Positions 14,597-28,205 of a DNA stretch of 64,000 bases are shown one piece after another (position 1 is the stretch's first letter; every line of letters starts with the position of its first letter). Under the pieces are notes generated by a model. That model was given only the letters and a program-made list of their open reading frames with translations, was not told the origin of the DNA and made no database searches. Source of the DNA: Octopus vulgaris (lineage: Eukaryota). The stretch is from assembly GCA_951406725.2 (NCBI GenBank), contig OX597818.1:74276001-74340000 (forward strand), given 5' to 3'. The position numbers were made by a program, and so were the translations under genes.

Positions 14597-14760
14597 CATC
14601 AGGTGTCTTGGGGAAATTTCGAACCTTAGGAATGAGAACCTAGGTTCGTAATTTCTCCCAAACACCTGATGATGGTTGGACTGTATATCAGCCAAAATGT
14701 TGTGTTAACAACAAACAAGATGAGGACAAATATCCGTCAAATGTAAATAATGTAAATGAT
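14597..14760 (+). ncRNA. Hairpin (14597-14671) plus a decayed hammerhead motif (14661-14706)
   Basis: aacac CTGATGA t ggttgga..tcagcc AAAA tg TT gtgtt. Helix I is perfect. GAAA to AAAA is consistent with CpG decay. Confidence 0.6.
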
Positions 14761-15188
14761 GTACAGTTGTATTAATATGTAATAAATATTAATACAATAT
14801 TAATATGCTGCATAACTGTCACACTGCAGCAAAGTATGACCAAGTCATATGAAACAAGATTTTGTTTATTGTTTTAGGAGTCTAGATCACAGAAACATCG
14901 TCCTTGGTCAGAATGGAACATAGAAAACATTGCAGGTGGAAGGCGTGATGGCTGTACCAGTGATAGACTTATACACAATTTCACCCGATCAAACTTAGAG
15001 TTACGTGGAATGAAGCGTCATGCTCACTGAATAAACAGGTTTCCGAATGTAAGAATCGAACCTACGATATTGCAGGAAGATGAGCCTATTACGCTGACTA
15101 CATCAATTTTATGTATATATATATATATATATATATAAACATACACACATATATATACATATATACCTATATTACAAACGTACATATG

Positions 15189-15233
<45 letters not shown>

Positions 15234-15293
15234 AGTATATATATATATATATATATATGTATATGTATATATATGTGTGTGTGTGTAAGCATG

Positions 15294-15391
<98 letters not shown>

Positions 15392-15392
<1 letters not shown>

Positions 15393-15600
15393 CTAATCCA
15401 AACAAGAAAGCACAAAAAAACACAACAACGCGGGGACGTGGAACAAATAGAGTATCATTGGACGCTCGGGAAAGAAGGAATGAAGGAGGGTTTAACGTTT
15501 CGAGCGGAGCTCTTCGTCTGAACATAGGAGAAGGAAAGATCCAGAGAAGGGAAGACTGAGGGAAAAAATCGCCAACAGTACACACGAGGTCACATTTTCA
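15392..15600 (-). mobile_element. Second copy of the 13420 family; hammerhead at 15490-15523 with a mutated core
   Basis: Minus strand: gtt CAGACGA a gagc tcc gctc GAAA cg TT aaac. Its 3' end abuts (TA)n. Confidence 0.75.
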
Positions 15601-15954
15601 AAGACCGGAAGGAAATGGATGAAGAAAGGTGTTTTCAAAGACAGAAGAGTAGTTCTGTCAAAGACAGGAGAATGGTAGAGGAGGAGGAATGTGTGTGTGC
15701 GTGCGCGGAGGTCTGCGTGTGCGTGTGTGTGTATGTGTGTACGTGTGCAATGATGACACGTGTGTGTGTGTGTGTGTGTATGTGTGTGTGGTTCTGGCTG
15801 TTAAACAAAGCGTAGTAGTGTGAAGGTCGAGGAGGAAAGGAAGGAGGGAGGAAGAAGGAGTGGTGCCTTTTGTCTCTACCACAGGTCAGTACTGCTAGTT
15901 TGAAGTATTTGTGTGTGCATGTATGTATATGTATCGTGTGTATGTTTTGTTTGT

Positions 15955-15993
<39 letters not shown>

Positions 15994-16375
15994 GTGTGTT
16001 CGTGTGTGTATGCGTAAAGTTTGGGTGTGTGGTGAATAACTGTGCTTTACTTGGTGTATGTGTGCGTGTGTGCTTGTACGTGCGTATGTGCGTATACATG
16101 TATGTACAATTGTGTGCGTGTATGTATAACTGCGTACCGTGTGTATGGGATGTATGTGTGGGTTCATTTGTGTGTGTGTATGTATGTGCTGCGTGTCGTA
16201 TGTGAGTGTAGTTGTGTGTGCGTTTGTATGTGTGTGTGCGCGTCTAGGCATATATTGTGTGTATGTATATGTATCGGTGTGTATGTGAATTTGTGTAAGC
16301 GTGTGTGTGGGGGGGGGGTTGGAGTTGTGTGGGCGTAATGTGCGTGCGTGTGTGCGCTTACGTGCGTGTATGTGC

Positions 16376-16419
<44 letters not shown>

Positions 16420-16424
<5 letters not shown>

Positions 16425-17010
16425 GTAAAAAATATATACAAACTGGGACAAGAACGTGAAACACCAAGGAAACGACACAAGAACCACAGGACAGGACATT
16501 CGAAGCCCTCAGTCATCAGTCAAGAACCAGAGCATCTTCACAATTTCGGCTGATTAATCTTGAGATTGCTCTGACCTGGGCAGCCCCCAAGGGAAATCTA
16601 AGCCAAGCGCATTAGATCCCTTGGAAGAAAGCTTCGAATGTATACAACACAAGGACGGAAAATGAACGATGTACACGAATAAAAATACAGAAATACGGGA
16701 AAACAATAAGGAAAGCACGAATAAGAATACAAAAACGTAAAAACAATAACGGTAAGGATAAAAAACAAAAGCAGGACGTAGGACAAGGGTCTTTCGACAG
16801 GACGAGTTGAGTTGGGGCTGGCTTATGGCGTTGTGCCTTATGGCCGCGGGAGACAAACAAAAACGTGTTGCTTCAACGACTTCTGGAACGAAAAGGCCGC
16901 TCAGCAGTGGCTAGCGGTCATGTGAGGACAAAAGACAGGAGAAAGGGACAGATGAGGAGAGAGAGAGAGAGAGAGAGAAAGAGACACCTCAAGGGTCGTA
17001 CCAATGTTAG
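16420..17010 (-). mobile_element. TA-flanked non-coding interspersed repeat, same family as 51155-52113
   Basis: High visible identity over about 500 bp with 51235-51740 and around 51940-51980. Strand is inferred. Confidence 0.75.
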
Positions 17011-17033
17011 AGAAAATATATTTACGTATATAT

Positions 17034-17064
<31 letters not shown>

Positions 17065-17080
17065 AAGATATATATGTATA

Positions 17081-17161
<81 letters not shown>

Positions 17162-17236
17162 TTATTCATATATATACATATATATTTGTATGTATTTATG
17201 TATTGTATGCATGTATATATATACATATATATATGT

Positions 17237-17313
<77 letters not shown>

Positions 17314-18042
17314 CATACATATGTATATTTGTAATATATGTATATATGTATATATATGTGTGTATGTTTATATCACATTGGAATGGCAAATATTTGCTGC
17401 AATTTAAATGGTTTCAAACAAATTTCTTTTTCCTATACATACAATGATATATCTGATATGATGAAAGAAAACCTAGGTAAATAAATTACGTGTTAAGTAC
17501 ATTATAGTTTCATAAATGAAAAGAATCAGAGGCAAAACGTATAAGTTTAAATTTGCACGAATCAAAACAAAGTATGAAATTACTTACCTGAAGATATAAT
17601 AGGAAAACAATGCACAGCCAAAAATAAACAAATGTTGTTGAGATATTAAAGATGTAAACTGCTATAAATCAGGAAGTAGATTTTTTAATGGGACATAAAA
17701 GTGTTATTAACAATAAAAACAATGAAAACGGAATGAGATTAAGATGAGATAAATGTGAAAAAAAAACAAAAGTGTAACTAAAATTCTCATAAGAAAAATA
17801 CAATTTCCCGATGTACTTTCCAAATAATATTGTGAATACTTCAATGTAGGAAGTAAAAATATAAAATTGGACTATGTTGTAGGAATTTGATTGAATGTTA
17901 CATCAGGCTGACTGTTGATACTGAAAAGTAGTCCGTTACAGGCTTAGTTTCATGTCTCATATCAGAGGATAGTGGTGCTGTAGTATTTGTTTGAAATATA
18001 GCAACACGCCCAACGTTGTTGGAGCATGTTTATATATGTATA

Positions 18043-18078
<36 letters not shown>

Positions 18079-18125
18079 TGTATGTATGTATATGTATATA
18101 GATAGATATAGATAGATATTTATAT

Positions 18126-19728
18126 TGTTGCATTTGGGGATTGTCATGTTGCCAGTTTAGCCAATAAAAACACACGCACTATATATTTGGTGTTCATTTG
18201 CTTCAACTTTATTTTATGTTAATCATATTTCAGCCACAGTTCTTTCGTCACACTTTTGTGACCTCATCAGTGGTCCTTTGCATTTTTATATCTTTTCTTT
18301 GGGGATGGTGATGGAGTCTTTCCTTACTAATGATCAGTCATTTTGTATCCCTACTCTATGTCTCTTTATTTGTGCATGCGTATACCCCTATGTGCCTGTA
18401 TTATTTTATTTTATTTATTTTATTAATGTAGATAGTTATTTAATTCAAATTTGTTTATTTGTGTATTGTATTATATTATATTCATATTGTTATCAGTTTA
18501 TGAGGATTTTATTCTGTCATAAGATGTGGTGTGTTGTGGGGGTACTAGTGTTCCATTCTAGTTTCCTATTCATGCTAGGTTTATCTTCTATTATGTGTGT
18601 AGCTTCTGTAATTTGTCTAAGCGTTGCGTCTGTTCTATGTGTGGACAAGATTTTAACTTTTATGTTGTTGAGCAAGCCCCCATGTTCCTGTTCGGCGTGC
18701 TGGTACAGAACCAGAGAGCTCTTCTCTTCCTTTAGTTCCCTCCAATGCTCATTTATCCACTCTCCTATGCTGCGTGCTGTTTCCCCTAGTTCGTCATTGT
18801 CTTGTTACTGCACCGTCCCTCTGTACATCTTATACTATAGACTACATTCCTGGCTTTACAGTTTCTTTCTGGGCTAAATCTACATACAGCACAGTTCTAT
18901 CAGTACAGAGTATTCTATCTAAATGGTATGTTCTACCCATTAGAGATTTCGTAGGGTTTCCTAGCATCTCTACAACCTTAATTCTTAGCTTAAGTTTTTC
19001 TAGGGCCCTTATAAAGCGGTACGCAGTTCGCCTTTAGGGGTGATGTCGACGAACATGACACTGGCTATCGTACCATGAGTTGGTCTTCCCTATTTTCTTC
19101 TTAGTCCTTTCAATGGTGTTCCATGACTTGCTCCTACAGAGTCGGAAAATCCCATTCCAATCGTTACGTATGACAGTTTCAAATTTCCTCGTCGCTCCTT
19201 TGTATAATCTGATCCTTTCTCTTTGCCTGTATCCTGAGAACTGCATGCGGTGAACGAAATGTTGTATGTGTCACTTTAACTCTGGAGGGTCGCACATGTG
19301 GGACACATTTCTCATTACTCTGACGAGGTCTGCCATCAATATATTGAATTTGGCATTGTACGCGATAGCTGAGTTCCGGTGGATCAGGTATTCAGTTTCC
19401 AGCCAGAGTTCTGTATCTATTGCTGGTAGTCTATGGTTAGGGTGTTTCGTAGGGTAGTCTATCGAAACCTTAATACTCTGGTGGATGGAGTTAGCTATTT
19501 GCTGGATGCTCTCCATAGTATTAGTTTCTATTTCTTTTTCAAGAGTACTCTCTTGTGGGGGTGCATTTACTACTACGTTGATATCATCGACATAGCGGGA
19601 GTATATGTTCATGAATATGAAGTTCTTTGTCGGGTGTTCTTTAAGCCTTTTGTCCCACCTTATCATGAAAAGGTTGGCGTGTGTTTTTATTGGCTAAACT
19701 GGCAACATGACCGTCCCCAAATACAACA
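18126..19728 (-). mobile_element. Penelope-like element, 5'-truncated: RT C-terminal part, GIY-YIG, pLTR hammerhead (18234-18273), inverted 52-bp terminal copy
   Basis: ORF 19271-19666 has YSRYVDD and LPAIDTELW. Downstream GETARSIGEWINEH...RQITEA...MNRKLEW. CTGATGA g gtcaca aaag tgtgac GAAA. 18126-18177 is the reverse complement of 19677-19728. Confidence 0.9.
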
Positions 19729-19812
19729 TCTGTTGCAACACACGAATTCACATCAAAAGTCTTGCAAAACGAATATAGAAACGTAATATATATATATACA
19801 TAAATATATTTA

Positions 19813-19875
<63 letters not shown>

Positions 19876-20007
19876 TCTCAATATCTATAATCGAATAAAT
19901 GATATATATATATATATATTATATATAATATATATATATTGTATGTATATCAATCATTCTATAAATCTGAAATATATCAATCAATATCTATAAATCTGAA
20001 ATATATA

Positions 20008-20060
<53 letters not shown>

Positions 20061-20090
20061 ATCAATCAATATCTATAAATCTGAAATATA

Positions 20091-20150
<60 letters not shown>

Positions 20151-20159
20151 ATATCAATC

Positions 20160-20588
20160 AATATCTATAAATCTGAAATGAGAAAGTTTGTTAAAGGGTT
20201 AAAGGGCACTAGATCCCATCGGATTGGCTCCAAAATTTACAGGGACATGTAAAATGAGGTGAGGATGCGAGAGGGCTTCTTAAAAGGTGTGGTTACTAGG
20301 GCAAAAATCGCCCACTTTGACAAGTCTTCTCTCATTCTCCTATCTGCCCGTCTTCCTCCGTCTCTCTCTCTGTTTCCTCACTTCCCATCACTTTTTCTCT
20401 ATAACGACGTTTGACGGCTACTACTATCTTTCCCCCGTCACCTTCACCAGCGCTCTCACTCTTTCCTTCACTGCCTCCCTCTCTCTGTCTGTACATCTGT
20501 CTGCATTCATAGAGAGTTTTATTATAGCCACCACCACCACACAATAATGAGAACAAATATTATGAATCAGATATTTATTGGGTTAATT

Positions 20589-20625
<37 letters not shown>

Positions 20626-20684
20626 CTGTATCTATATATAAATATGTATATATAATGTATATATACAAAGTGTATATATCTGTA

Positions 20685-20744
<60 letters not shown>

Positions 20745-21860
20745 GTATACATTTGTATATATGCGTACACACACAAACACACACACAGATATATATATAA
20801 TGCGTATATATATATTATGTGTGCATTATGTGGCCTGTTGAGCTGAAAATATGTACACCTATGTTAAAAGTGCTGGCGAGTTTGCATGGCAACTATTTTT
20901 TCCCTCAAATGAAAGGCGTGACCTCTAGGACAAAATTCCTCATCTTTTAAAATGTTGCTCGATTACACCCGAATGAAATCGGCTTATATTAAACAAACAA
21001 GTAAAACAATGAAAAACTATGCCATTTTAATCCCAGGTAAGGTCGGGTATCTCTGTAGGTCTACTACATATTTGTGAAAAGGGCAGACGTTGTCTCACAA
21101 GCAGATATACAGGCAAAAGTGTTACTCAATATGGTAGGATTCAGTTGAAAATTTGCACACCTGTGTTAAACGTCCTGGCGAGTTTGCATGGCAACTTTGC
21201 TCAATTGAAAGGTGTGGCATGTAGGGCAAAATTCCTCATCTTTAAAGTGTGGCCCGCGTAGACCCGAATGAATTCGAGTTATAATACCGAAACAAATAAA
21301 AAATGATAAACTATTTTTTAATCCCGAGCAATTTCGGGTATCTCTGCTATCTATATATATAAAAGAGGCTTTGGGTCAAAATTGTATGCATTTTTTGCTG
21401 CGCCAGAGGTTGGCAGTGGCCAGATCGAGCTGAAAATTGACACAGGCATAGAAGGCGTGATCAGGCAGAGAGTTGAGTAGGTTAAAACTCACCATCTGGA
21501 AAGATGCAGTTGCTATGGTGAGAAGATTCAAGGGGGCTCTAAGCCCCTCCAGATTGGCGCGATTGGCATCTAATCTTATCTATAAAATGAAGAAGGTGAA
21601 CGTACACACAAATTTAATTTTTATGTAAAAAGGGGTCTAAATGGTGTTGGAAGGGGATTAAAATTTACAGGAGGGGGTAGCTTGAGGGGGGAAATTGATT
21701 GGGATACGTTTTGTAGCGTTACAGTGGTTGCTTTGGTGTGAAAAGTGGGATTTTATTGATTTGGAGGGACACTTGTTGGACTAGATCGGATACCTTTTAC
21801 CCGATTTCAATCAAATTTTCAACATGGTAAAGTGGAAGCGGATTTGTAATTTAAACGCGG
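20160..21860 (+). mobile_element. Tandem or nested non-autonomous Helitron-like elements
   Basis: 5' tcta(t/c)... starts at about 20164, 21060, 21350 and 21580. 3' hairpin ends cccaggtaaggtcgggtatctctgtag (about 21032-21058) and cccgagcaatttcgggtatctctgcta (about 21323-21349). 20840-21055 is paralogous to 21140-21348. Confidence 0.6.
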
Positions 21861-21867
21861 AAATCTA

Positions 21868-22205
21868 CGTTACGGAGATGCAAACACATGAGCACCAGTT
21901 GTGAATCCGTGTTGGGAGACAAACACAGACAGAAAGACATACAATATCATAGATATACATACACGCGCGTACACACACACACACGCAAAAACACACACAC
22001 AAACACACACACACACATATGTGTATACATACATATTTTCATACATACTAGCTTTTTTCAGCTTCCATCTACCAAACCCACTCACAATGTTCTAATCGAC
22101 CCGAGGTTATTATAGAAAACACTTGCTCAAGATGCTACGCAGTGGGACTGAATCTGGAACCATGTGGCTGAGACGCATGCTTCCTACCACATAGCTACCC
22201 CTGCG
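21868..22205 (-). mobile_element. Abundant tRNA-derived SINE with internal microsatellite, diverged copy
   Basis: Matches the family at 41410, 53522 and 25470 (ccacatggttcc..gttcagtcccactgcgt..cttg.gcaagtgt). Confidence 0.75.
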
Positions 22206-23846
22206 ATATGTACCACTAGAAAAGTAATATCAATATTTCAAAACGGTCATTCGTTTGGAGAAGAATCGATGAAAAATCCAATAAATAGGTTTTCGGATTA
22301 TTATGATGACGATCGATTAACTATTGCCATTGCTTTAAATGGATATCAGGAGATTTAGTGTTTTTGTGTTTGTTTCCTTCCACTTACGTGTTTTTTACTG
22401 AATGCTGGCAACTCGGGAAAATGGATTCCGTTCCACCAGAGACAGAAACAATCAATATCTTGCAAGTATAATTTAGTAGACAGAAACTGTATGAAAGAGT
22501 ATCAGAAAGTCGCCAGCTCTTGTTTCTTGGGAGCAGGCTAATCCGTTGACCGTATGTGCCGACGTATAAGATACATCCTTGCATAACACACGCCTCCATT
22601 TTACAAATAATTCTGTGGAGACCAAATACGTGTTTCATCATACACTTATTGAAACATATCTTAAATGCACATGCATGTAAATGCAACAGTGTGAGGAGAA
22701 AACCAACGATTTATCATAAACGAGCTAAAGCAATTTATTTAAAATAGTTAATCTTTTGGAAAAGCACTCAGCTAAATTTGGACTAAGTACAATCATTCTT
22801 ACCTTTTCACTTTTACTTGTTATAGTCATTATACTGCGGCCATGCTGGTGCATCACCTTGAAGTATTTTAATTGAAGTAATCGACAATACGTAGATATGA
22901 TTTAAAATACTTTGTAAAGATCATTGCCCAGATATTAACGATTTTCTTTGTTTCACACCACTCCTCCCCTCCCTTTCTTTTATCAGTTGTTATCGCTCTT
23001 CCACTTCACTTAGCTGTCCACCTCCATCTCCTTTTTCTTTCTCTTAAAAATAGCTTACGAGCCAATTGCAATTTTATAAGTTATATGATAAACTACGCCA
23101 TGGAAGTACCCTATTGCAGCTTTACTGACTTCCAGATCGATTGTATAGTTGTTTACGTTTAGATCAAGTGAATTGCTATCCAGAATACAAAACTTATATT
23201 TCTGGTCGTAATATTTTATGTAACTGTGATCGAGTATCAAAGTGGCACACCACCGCCATGATTTTCGTCTTTCAAAATGAATTTCTGAGTTACATAATAA
23301 ACAAATGTTTCTTAATGTAAGATACGAATTACGTGGGGGTTATGTATGCTGAGGAAAGAGGTATAATGAGATTATGCACACACACACCCCCAAACACACA
23401 CACAAACACATAACTGCCGACATACCGTACGCAGTTTTTGTAAATATTTGCTCAGAGATTCTAATAATACAGTTTACTTCCAATATTTCAGCATTTCAGC
23501 ATTAGTGATAAATATTATACCAAGAAGATTTATGCGCTTTCGGCATCTTAGTCTACAATATTCGGCCTCCCATCCGTAATAGAGCCACATTAAACTTAGA
23601 GCAATTTTTTGATACACACAAAAAAGAAAAATAAACGTGCATTACACACCGGTAAATACGGCAATTGCCACATATACTATTGTCATATCTTCATTCTACA
23701 GATAACTCTTCCCCTTCAGAAATATCATGGATGATCGGGTATATTTCAATGTTAGCTTATGACACCAATGCAGCTGTAGGATTGTAATGATGTGATTTGC
23801 CAATATGACATAATGCGATCATAATATTTCAAAACGTTACCATATG

Positions 23847-23878
<32 letters not shown>

Positions 23879-24945
23879 CAAGGCATATAGAGGTTTAGTT
23901 CACAGGTGATCTAAACGGATAGGTGCTGGGTAAGTGCTGTAACGGATTACAAGAGCTACAAGCCTGTAACTGAGACATGAACTATGAAACTATTGTAGAT
24001 TTCCGATACAGCGGATATATATTTGTTAAAAAGGAAAACAAACGCCAAAGGCAAGAGATCATAAGTCATATATGTTATTATTATTAAAAATTATTGCGCT
24101 GTTTCAGGGATATCCCATCGTCGGAGACAGATGGTAAGAACCTGAGTGGGTATAGATTACATAAACGATGGAGAGATGTAGGAAAAAGAAAAGGAAAAAT
24201 ATATAAAAGTTCAGTTTAAGTTTCCGATAGTGCAGGTGTTAATCCATGAGCCTTTAGGTACAATCCAATGTGAATCCAGATAAGATAATATTCCTCATAT
24301 TGTAGATGTCCAGGAAGAGTACTGCCATGTTGAAGATTAATAAAGTAATGATAGTGTGGGATAGTAGAAATTGGCTAAAGAGAGAAGTAGAAAGAGAGGG
24401 AGAGAGGAATCGTAGTAGAGCGGTAGAGGCTATTGAGCTAAAAAGAGAGAGAATAAATCTTAGAATGGGTGGTCAGGTTTACAGAGAAAGAAGCAGCTGA
24501 CATAGCATTGCCGAAGAATATAAAAATATTAAAATATAAAGAGCAATATAAACCGAAAGATAAAGATAAAGGAGAAAAAATGGTAAAGGAAGATAAAGTA
24601 AGAAATACAAAATAAAGTAAAGTAAAATAAATACGTAAATAAAGTAGATAAAAGAAATTCAGACAGACAGTAGATGCTAGTGATGTTCTTCGAGTTATAG
24701 GGTTAGGGCAGGAAGTAAGTGTAGGCGTCAGTTCTATGGCCAAGTTTAGATGCCTTAAATATAATCCAAGCTAGCGAGGAATGGGTGATGGATAGGGTGA
24801 ATGTCTATTGGAATACAAGCTAACTGTTAAATTAAATTATTTAGGAATAAAAGAATCCCTTAAAACCCACGACTCACCGCATTTATTCAACAAACACAGC
24901 GAGGGCATCAACATATGCAAACAGATTCTTCCACACTTTTAAATT

Positions 24946-25180
24946 CTTATTTCTTTACTGCCAACAAGGGGCGACACACAGAGGGAACATACAAGGACAG
25001 ACAAACGGATAAAGTCGATTATATGGACCCCAGTGCGTAACTGGTACATATTTAATCGATCACGAAAGGATGAAAGGCAAAGTCAACCTCGGCGGAATTT
25101 GAATTCAGAACGTAACGGCAGACGAAATACGACTACGCATTTCGCCTGGCGTGCTAACGATTCTGCCAGCGCACCGCCTT
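24946..25180 (-). mobile_element. tRNA-derived SINE with a Nin/Deu-like domain
   Basis: Minus strand gives the B box g.attcaaattcc and gcctttcatcctttcg..atcgattaaatatgtaccag. Confidence 0.85.
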
Positions 25181-25469
25181 AAATTCTCTTTTAAATTCTC
25201 ACTTTTAAATTCTCCCATAAATCTAAGTGCAAGCTTAACTCCGCCTCTCCCGCCCCAACACACGCATACGTAGCGCCTAACTATATGCCTCCATGGTCTT
25301 AGTCACATACCATCGTATATCTTCTCTATCGTTATTAATACCTTAGTTAACAACTGTTAATTCCCTCATTCCTAGTTCTTTACTTCATTTTTTTTTAAAA
25401 CTTAACGTCACAGATGCCCTAAATTTTTATTCCTATATAATCTAATTTAACAGGTAACTGGTTTTCCAA

Positions 25470-26040
25470 TAACCACATGGTTCCAGGTTCAGTCCCATTG
25501 CGTCGCACCTTGGGAAAGTGTCTTCTACTATAGCCTCGGGCCGACCAAAGCCTTGTGAGTGGATTTGATAGACGGAAACAGAAAGAAGCCCGTCGTATAT
25601 ATTTATATATACGTGTGTATGTGCAAGTGTTTGTGTATCTGTGTTTGTTCCCTCGACATCGCTTGACAACCGATGCTGGTGTGTTTACGTCCCTGTAACT
25701 TAGCGGTTCAGCAAAAGAGAACGATAACATAAGTACTAGGTTTACAAAGAATAAGTTCTGGGATCTATTTGCTCGACTAAAGGTAGTGCCCCAGTATGGC
25801 CGCAGTCAAATGACTGAAACAAGTAAAAGAAAAAAGAATATATATAATATGTGTGTGTGTGTGTTTGTGTGTTTAGGGTGTTTGTGTCTGTGAGGCTGTG
25901 TGATAAGAAGCTTCCTTCCCAAACACATGGTTCCAGGTTCGGTCCCACTACATGGCACCTTGGGCAAATATATTCTACTATAGCCTCGGGCCACCTGATG
26001 GGATGTCATGGGCAGAAACTGAAAGAAACCCCTGGTATAT
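25470..26040 (+). mobile_element. Two tandem copies of the abundant SINE (25470-25835 nearly complete, 25890-26040 partial)
   Basis: Family head, internal TA/TG repeat and gactgaaacaagtaaaaga tail. Confidence 0.85.
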
Positions 26041-26550
26041 CTGTGTCTGTGTCCGTGTGTGTGTGTGTGAAGATCTAGTGAAATTGATTCACAGAATCTT
26101 CATTTTTTAAAAGGAAGTGAAAAATCTGAAAATCTTTTATATTGACGTAGTTTTCCACTCATTGCTCTGAAGCCTTGATCTTGTGGAGAAAAAATTCGAG
26201 GAGTCAGCTTGTATCATCTTACAGTTTCTTTCGTCTCTTCATTGATTTCTACAGTTTTTTTAATGTTTTATTATGTTTTTAATTTGTTATATTAATATAT
26301 TTGTCTGCATGCTTTTGCTTTATGCGCATTTCAGTATTATGTATACCTGTCATATATTTGTGTACATCGTTAATATATAAGTGCATGTCGATGTAGGTAT
26401 TCATATATAAGTTTATAAGCATATTTATGCATTCATATGCATGTGCGTGTGTGTGAAAAGGGGGCATCTGTTCCCAAAACTCTAAAGTTGAATAACGTTT
26501 CCATGCTTGGATTTGTAAACTACGATAAGAATAACACCGGTTAACAAAGA

Positions 26551-26765
26551 ATTTGTCCCACGAAAAAGAATACCACTATCTTATATGGTTTTGCATGCAG
26601 AATTCAAAAATAATGTCAAATTATCTGTATTACACCAGTGAAAAAGAAAAACAAAACGCGGTTGAAATGAATCTCGTGGTGTGAAGAAGGAATACAGTGC
26701 AATGTGCGGCACAGATGCGGTGAAGTGAAACACAACACAACGTGCGGTTGACATGGTAACAAGCT
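26551..26765. repeat. 215-bp interspersed repeat, near-identical copy at 30886-31102
   Basis: Both run from aatttgtccc to ggtaacaagct. Confidence 0.85.
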
Positions 26766-27016
26766 GTTAATGCCTCGCTGTCTGTTAATTGGCTAAAATT
26801 ACCCAAATTTCCCAAATTTAATTCCAAATAGCATCAGATTCTCTAATTTACGAGATAAAGTAATTGGTCGATCGTAATCAAAATTAAGAGTTGCATCGAT
26901 ACACCAAAATTGAAAGCGATCTGAGCAAAATTAAAAGGGATTGATTTTGTGAATCAATTTAACTTGATACTCTGTGCGCGTATGTGTGTGTGTGCGTGCG
27001 TCTGTTTGTCTGTATA

Positions 27017-27151
27017 TATATAAATACAGTGTACATTTAAGCGCATAAGAGGTAACCATCATAGGAAACCAAGTACGCTAGAAGGGATAGCGTGCTAAGT
27101 TTCCTATGATGGTTACGTCTTATGTGTTTAAATGTACACTGTATTTATATA
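27017..27151. repeat. Long imperfect hairpin
   Basis: tatataaatacagtgtacatttaa...ccatcataggaaac / gtttcctatgatgg...ttaaatgtacactgtatttatata. Confidence 0.85.
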
Positions 27152-27313
27152 ATATATAGTCTATTGAGTAATTTTTCTACACGCTAGGCCACTGGTAGTA
27201 AGTATTTCTAAATTTTTTTCTTACTATGATTTTATATATATATATGTATATATATATATGTATATATATATGTATATATATATGTATATATATATATGTA
27301 TATATATATATGT

Positions 27314-27848
27314 TAGACCGCTGGTGGCAAAATAATTTCTGCTGAATTTTTTGCTACCCTATATTGATTAATTATGAATTTTCTGTTTAATTCCGAAATG
27401 GAATCGGCAGCTTATATTTGCTGCCGATAAATTTGGCGCGAGTACGATGAGTTCGAAAATTTTAGGTCAGATATTGCCGAAGCGGTAATGTTGCTGCCTC
27501 GTGTAATTTCTCTCCCTCCTGGCTTTCTTTACTGATGAATTTGTTGGCCTATGGAAGATTGACTTGATTTAATTTAATCAGGCTGATTTACCATTAAAAA
27601 ACGATGAAACAATGCATTGTCTAAAGATGAACGGGGTAAATGTTTTTTTAATTTTCTCCTGGTTTACGGAATTACTACTATTTTGCGGTTGAAGCCTTGG
27701 CTGTTATTTCTAGTGGGTTGAACGGCCTATTATGGCCGTTCCTTAATTTATTGTTGAATTTATTAATAGTCTCTGACTATTTCCTTTTTCTCACTAGACC
27801 GCCGGTGGCAAAATAATTTCTGCTGAATTTTTTGCTACCCTATATTGA

Positions 27849-27856
<8 letters not shown>
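27314..27856 (+). mobile_element. Terminally redundant non-coding element (481-bp period plus 62-bp direct repeat) with one hammerhead; retrozyme- or pLTR-like
   Basis: 27314-27375 equals 27795-27856 (one mismatch seen). TA-type repeats on both sides. Confidence 0.8.
27526..27627 (+). ncRNA. Type I hammerhead ribozyme motif, canonical core, GUC site
   Basis: tcttta CTGATGA at...gat GAAA caatgcattg TC taaaga. Confidence 0.85.
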
Positions 27857-27913
<57 letters not shown>

Positions 27914-28205
27914 TCAGTAACAATAAAGGGTGAAATTAATTAATTTGGAATAATTATCAATTACACCAAGTAGATTTCGGCATGTAAAAGCCTCATTCGA
28001 GGAAAATTTAAGTAATACTAAGCAATTAAGGGTTTAGCAACGAATTGCCTCACCAACACACCGAATTTAGAAATAGCAGTCAAAGAGATATAGCTATTCC
28101 TTCTACTAAAAGGGAGATCTCAGTAAGAACACAGCACTTGAAAGGCAAACACAGACAGGTAAGAAAGAATGAAATGACGGCAATCTATCATACAATTTTA
28201 AGTTA

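Noticed and set aside
19940-20180. Repeat-spacer pattern superficially like a CRISPR array
   Set aside because: The spacers are TA microsatellites, the context is eukaryotic, and there are no cas genes.
22384-22686. Minus-strand ORF ending at a gtaagt donor-like site
   Set aside because: No recognisable homology in any frame.
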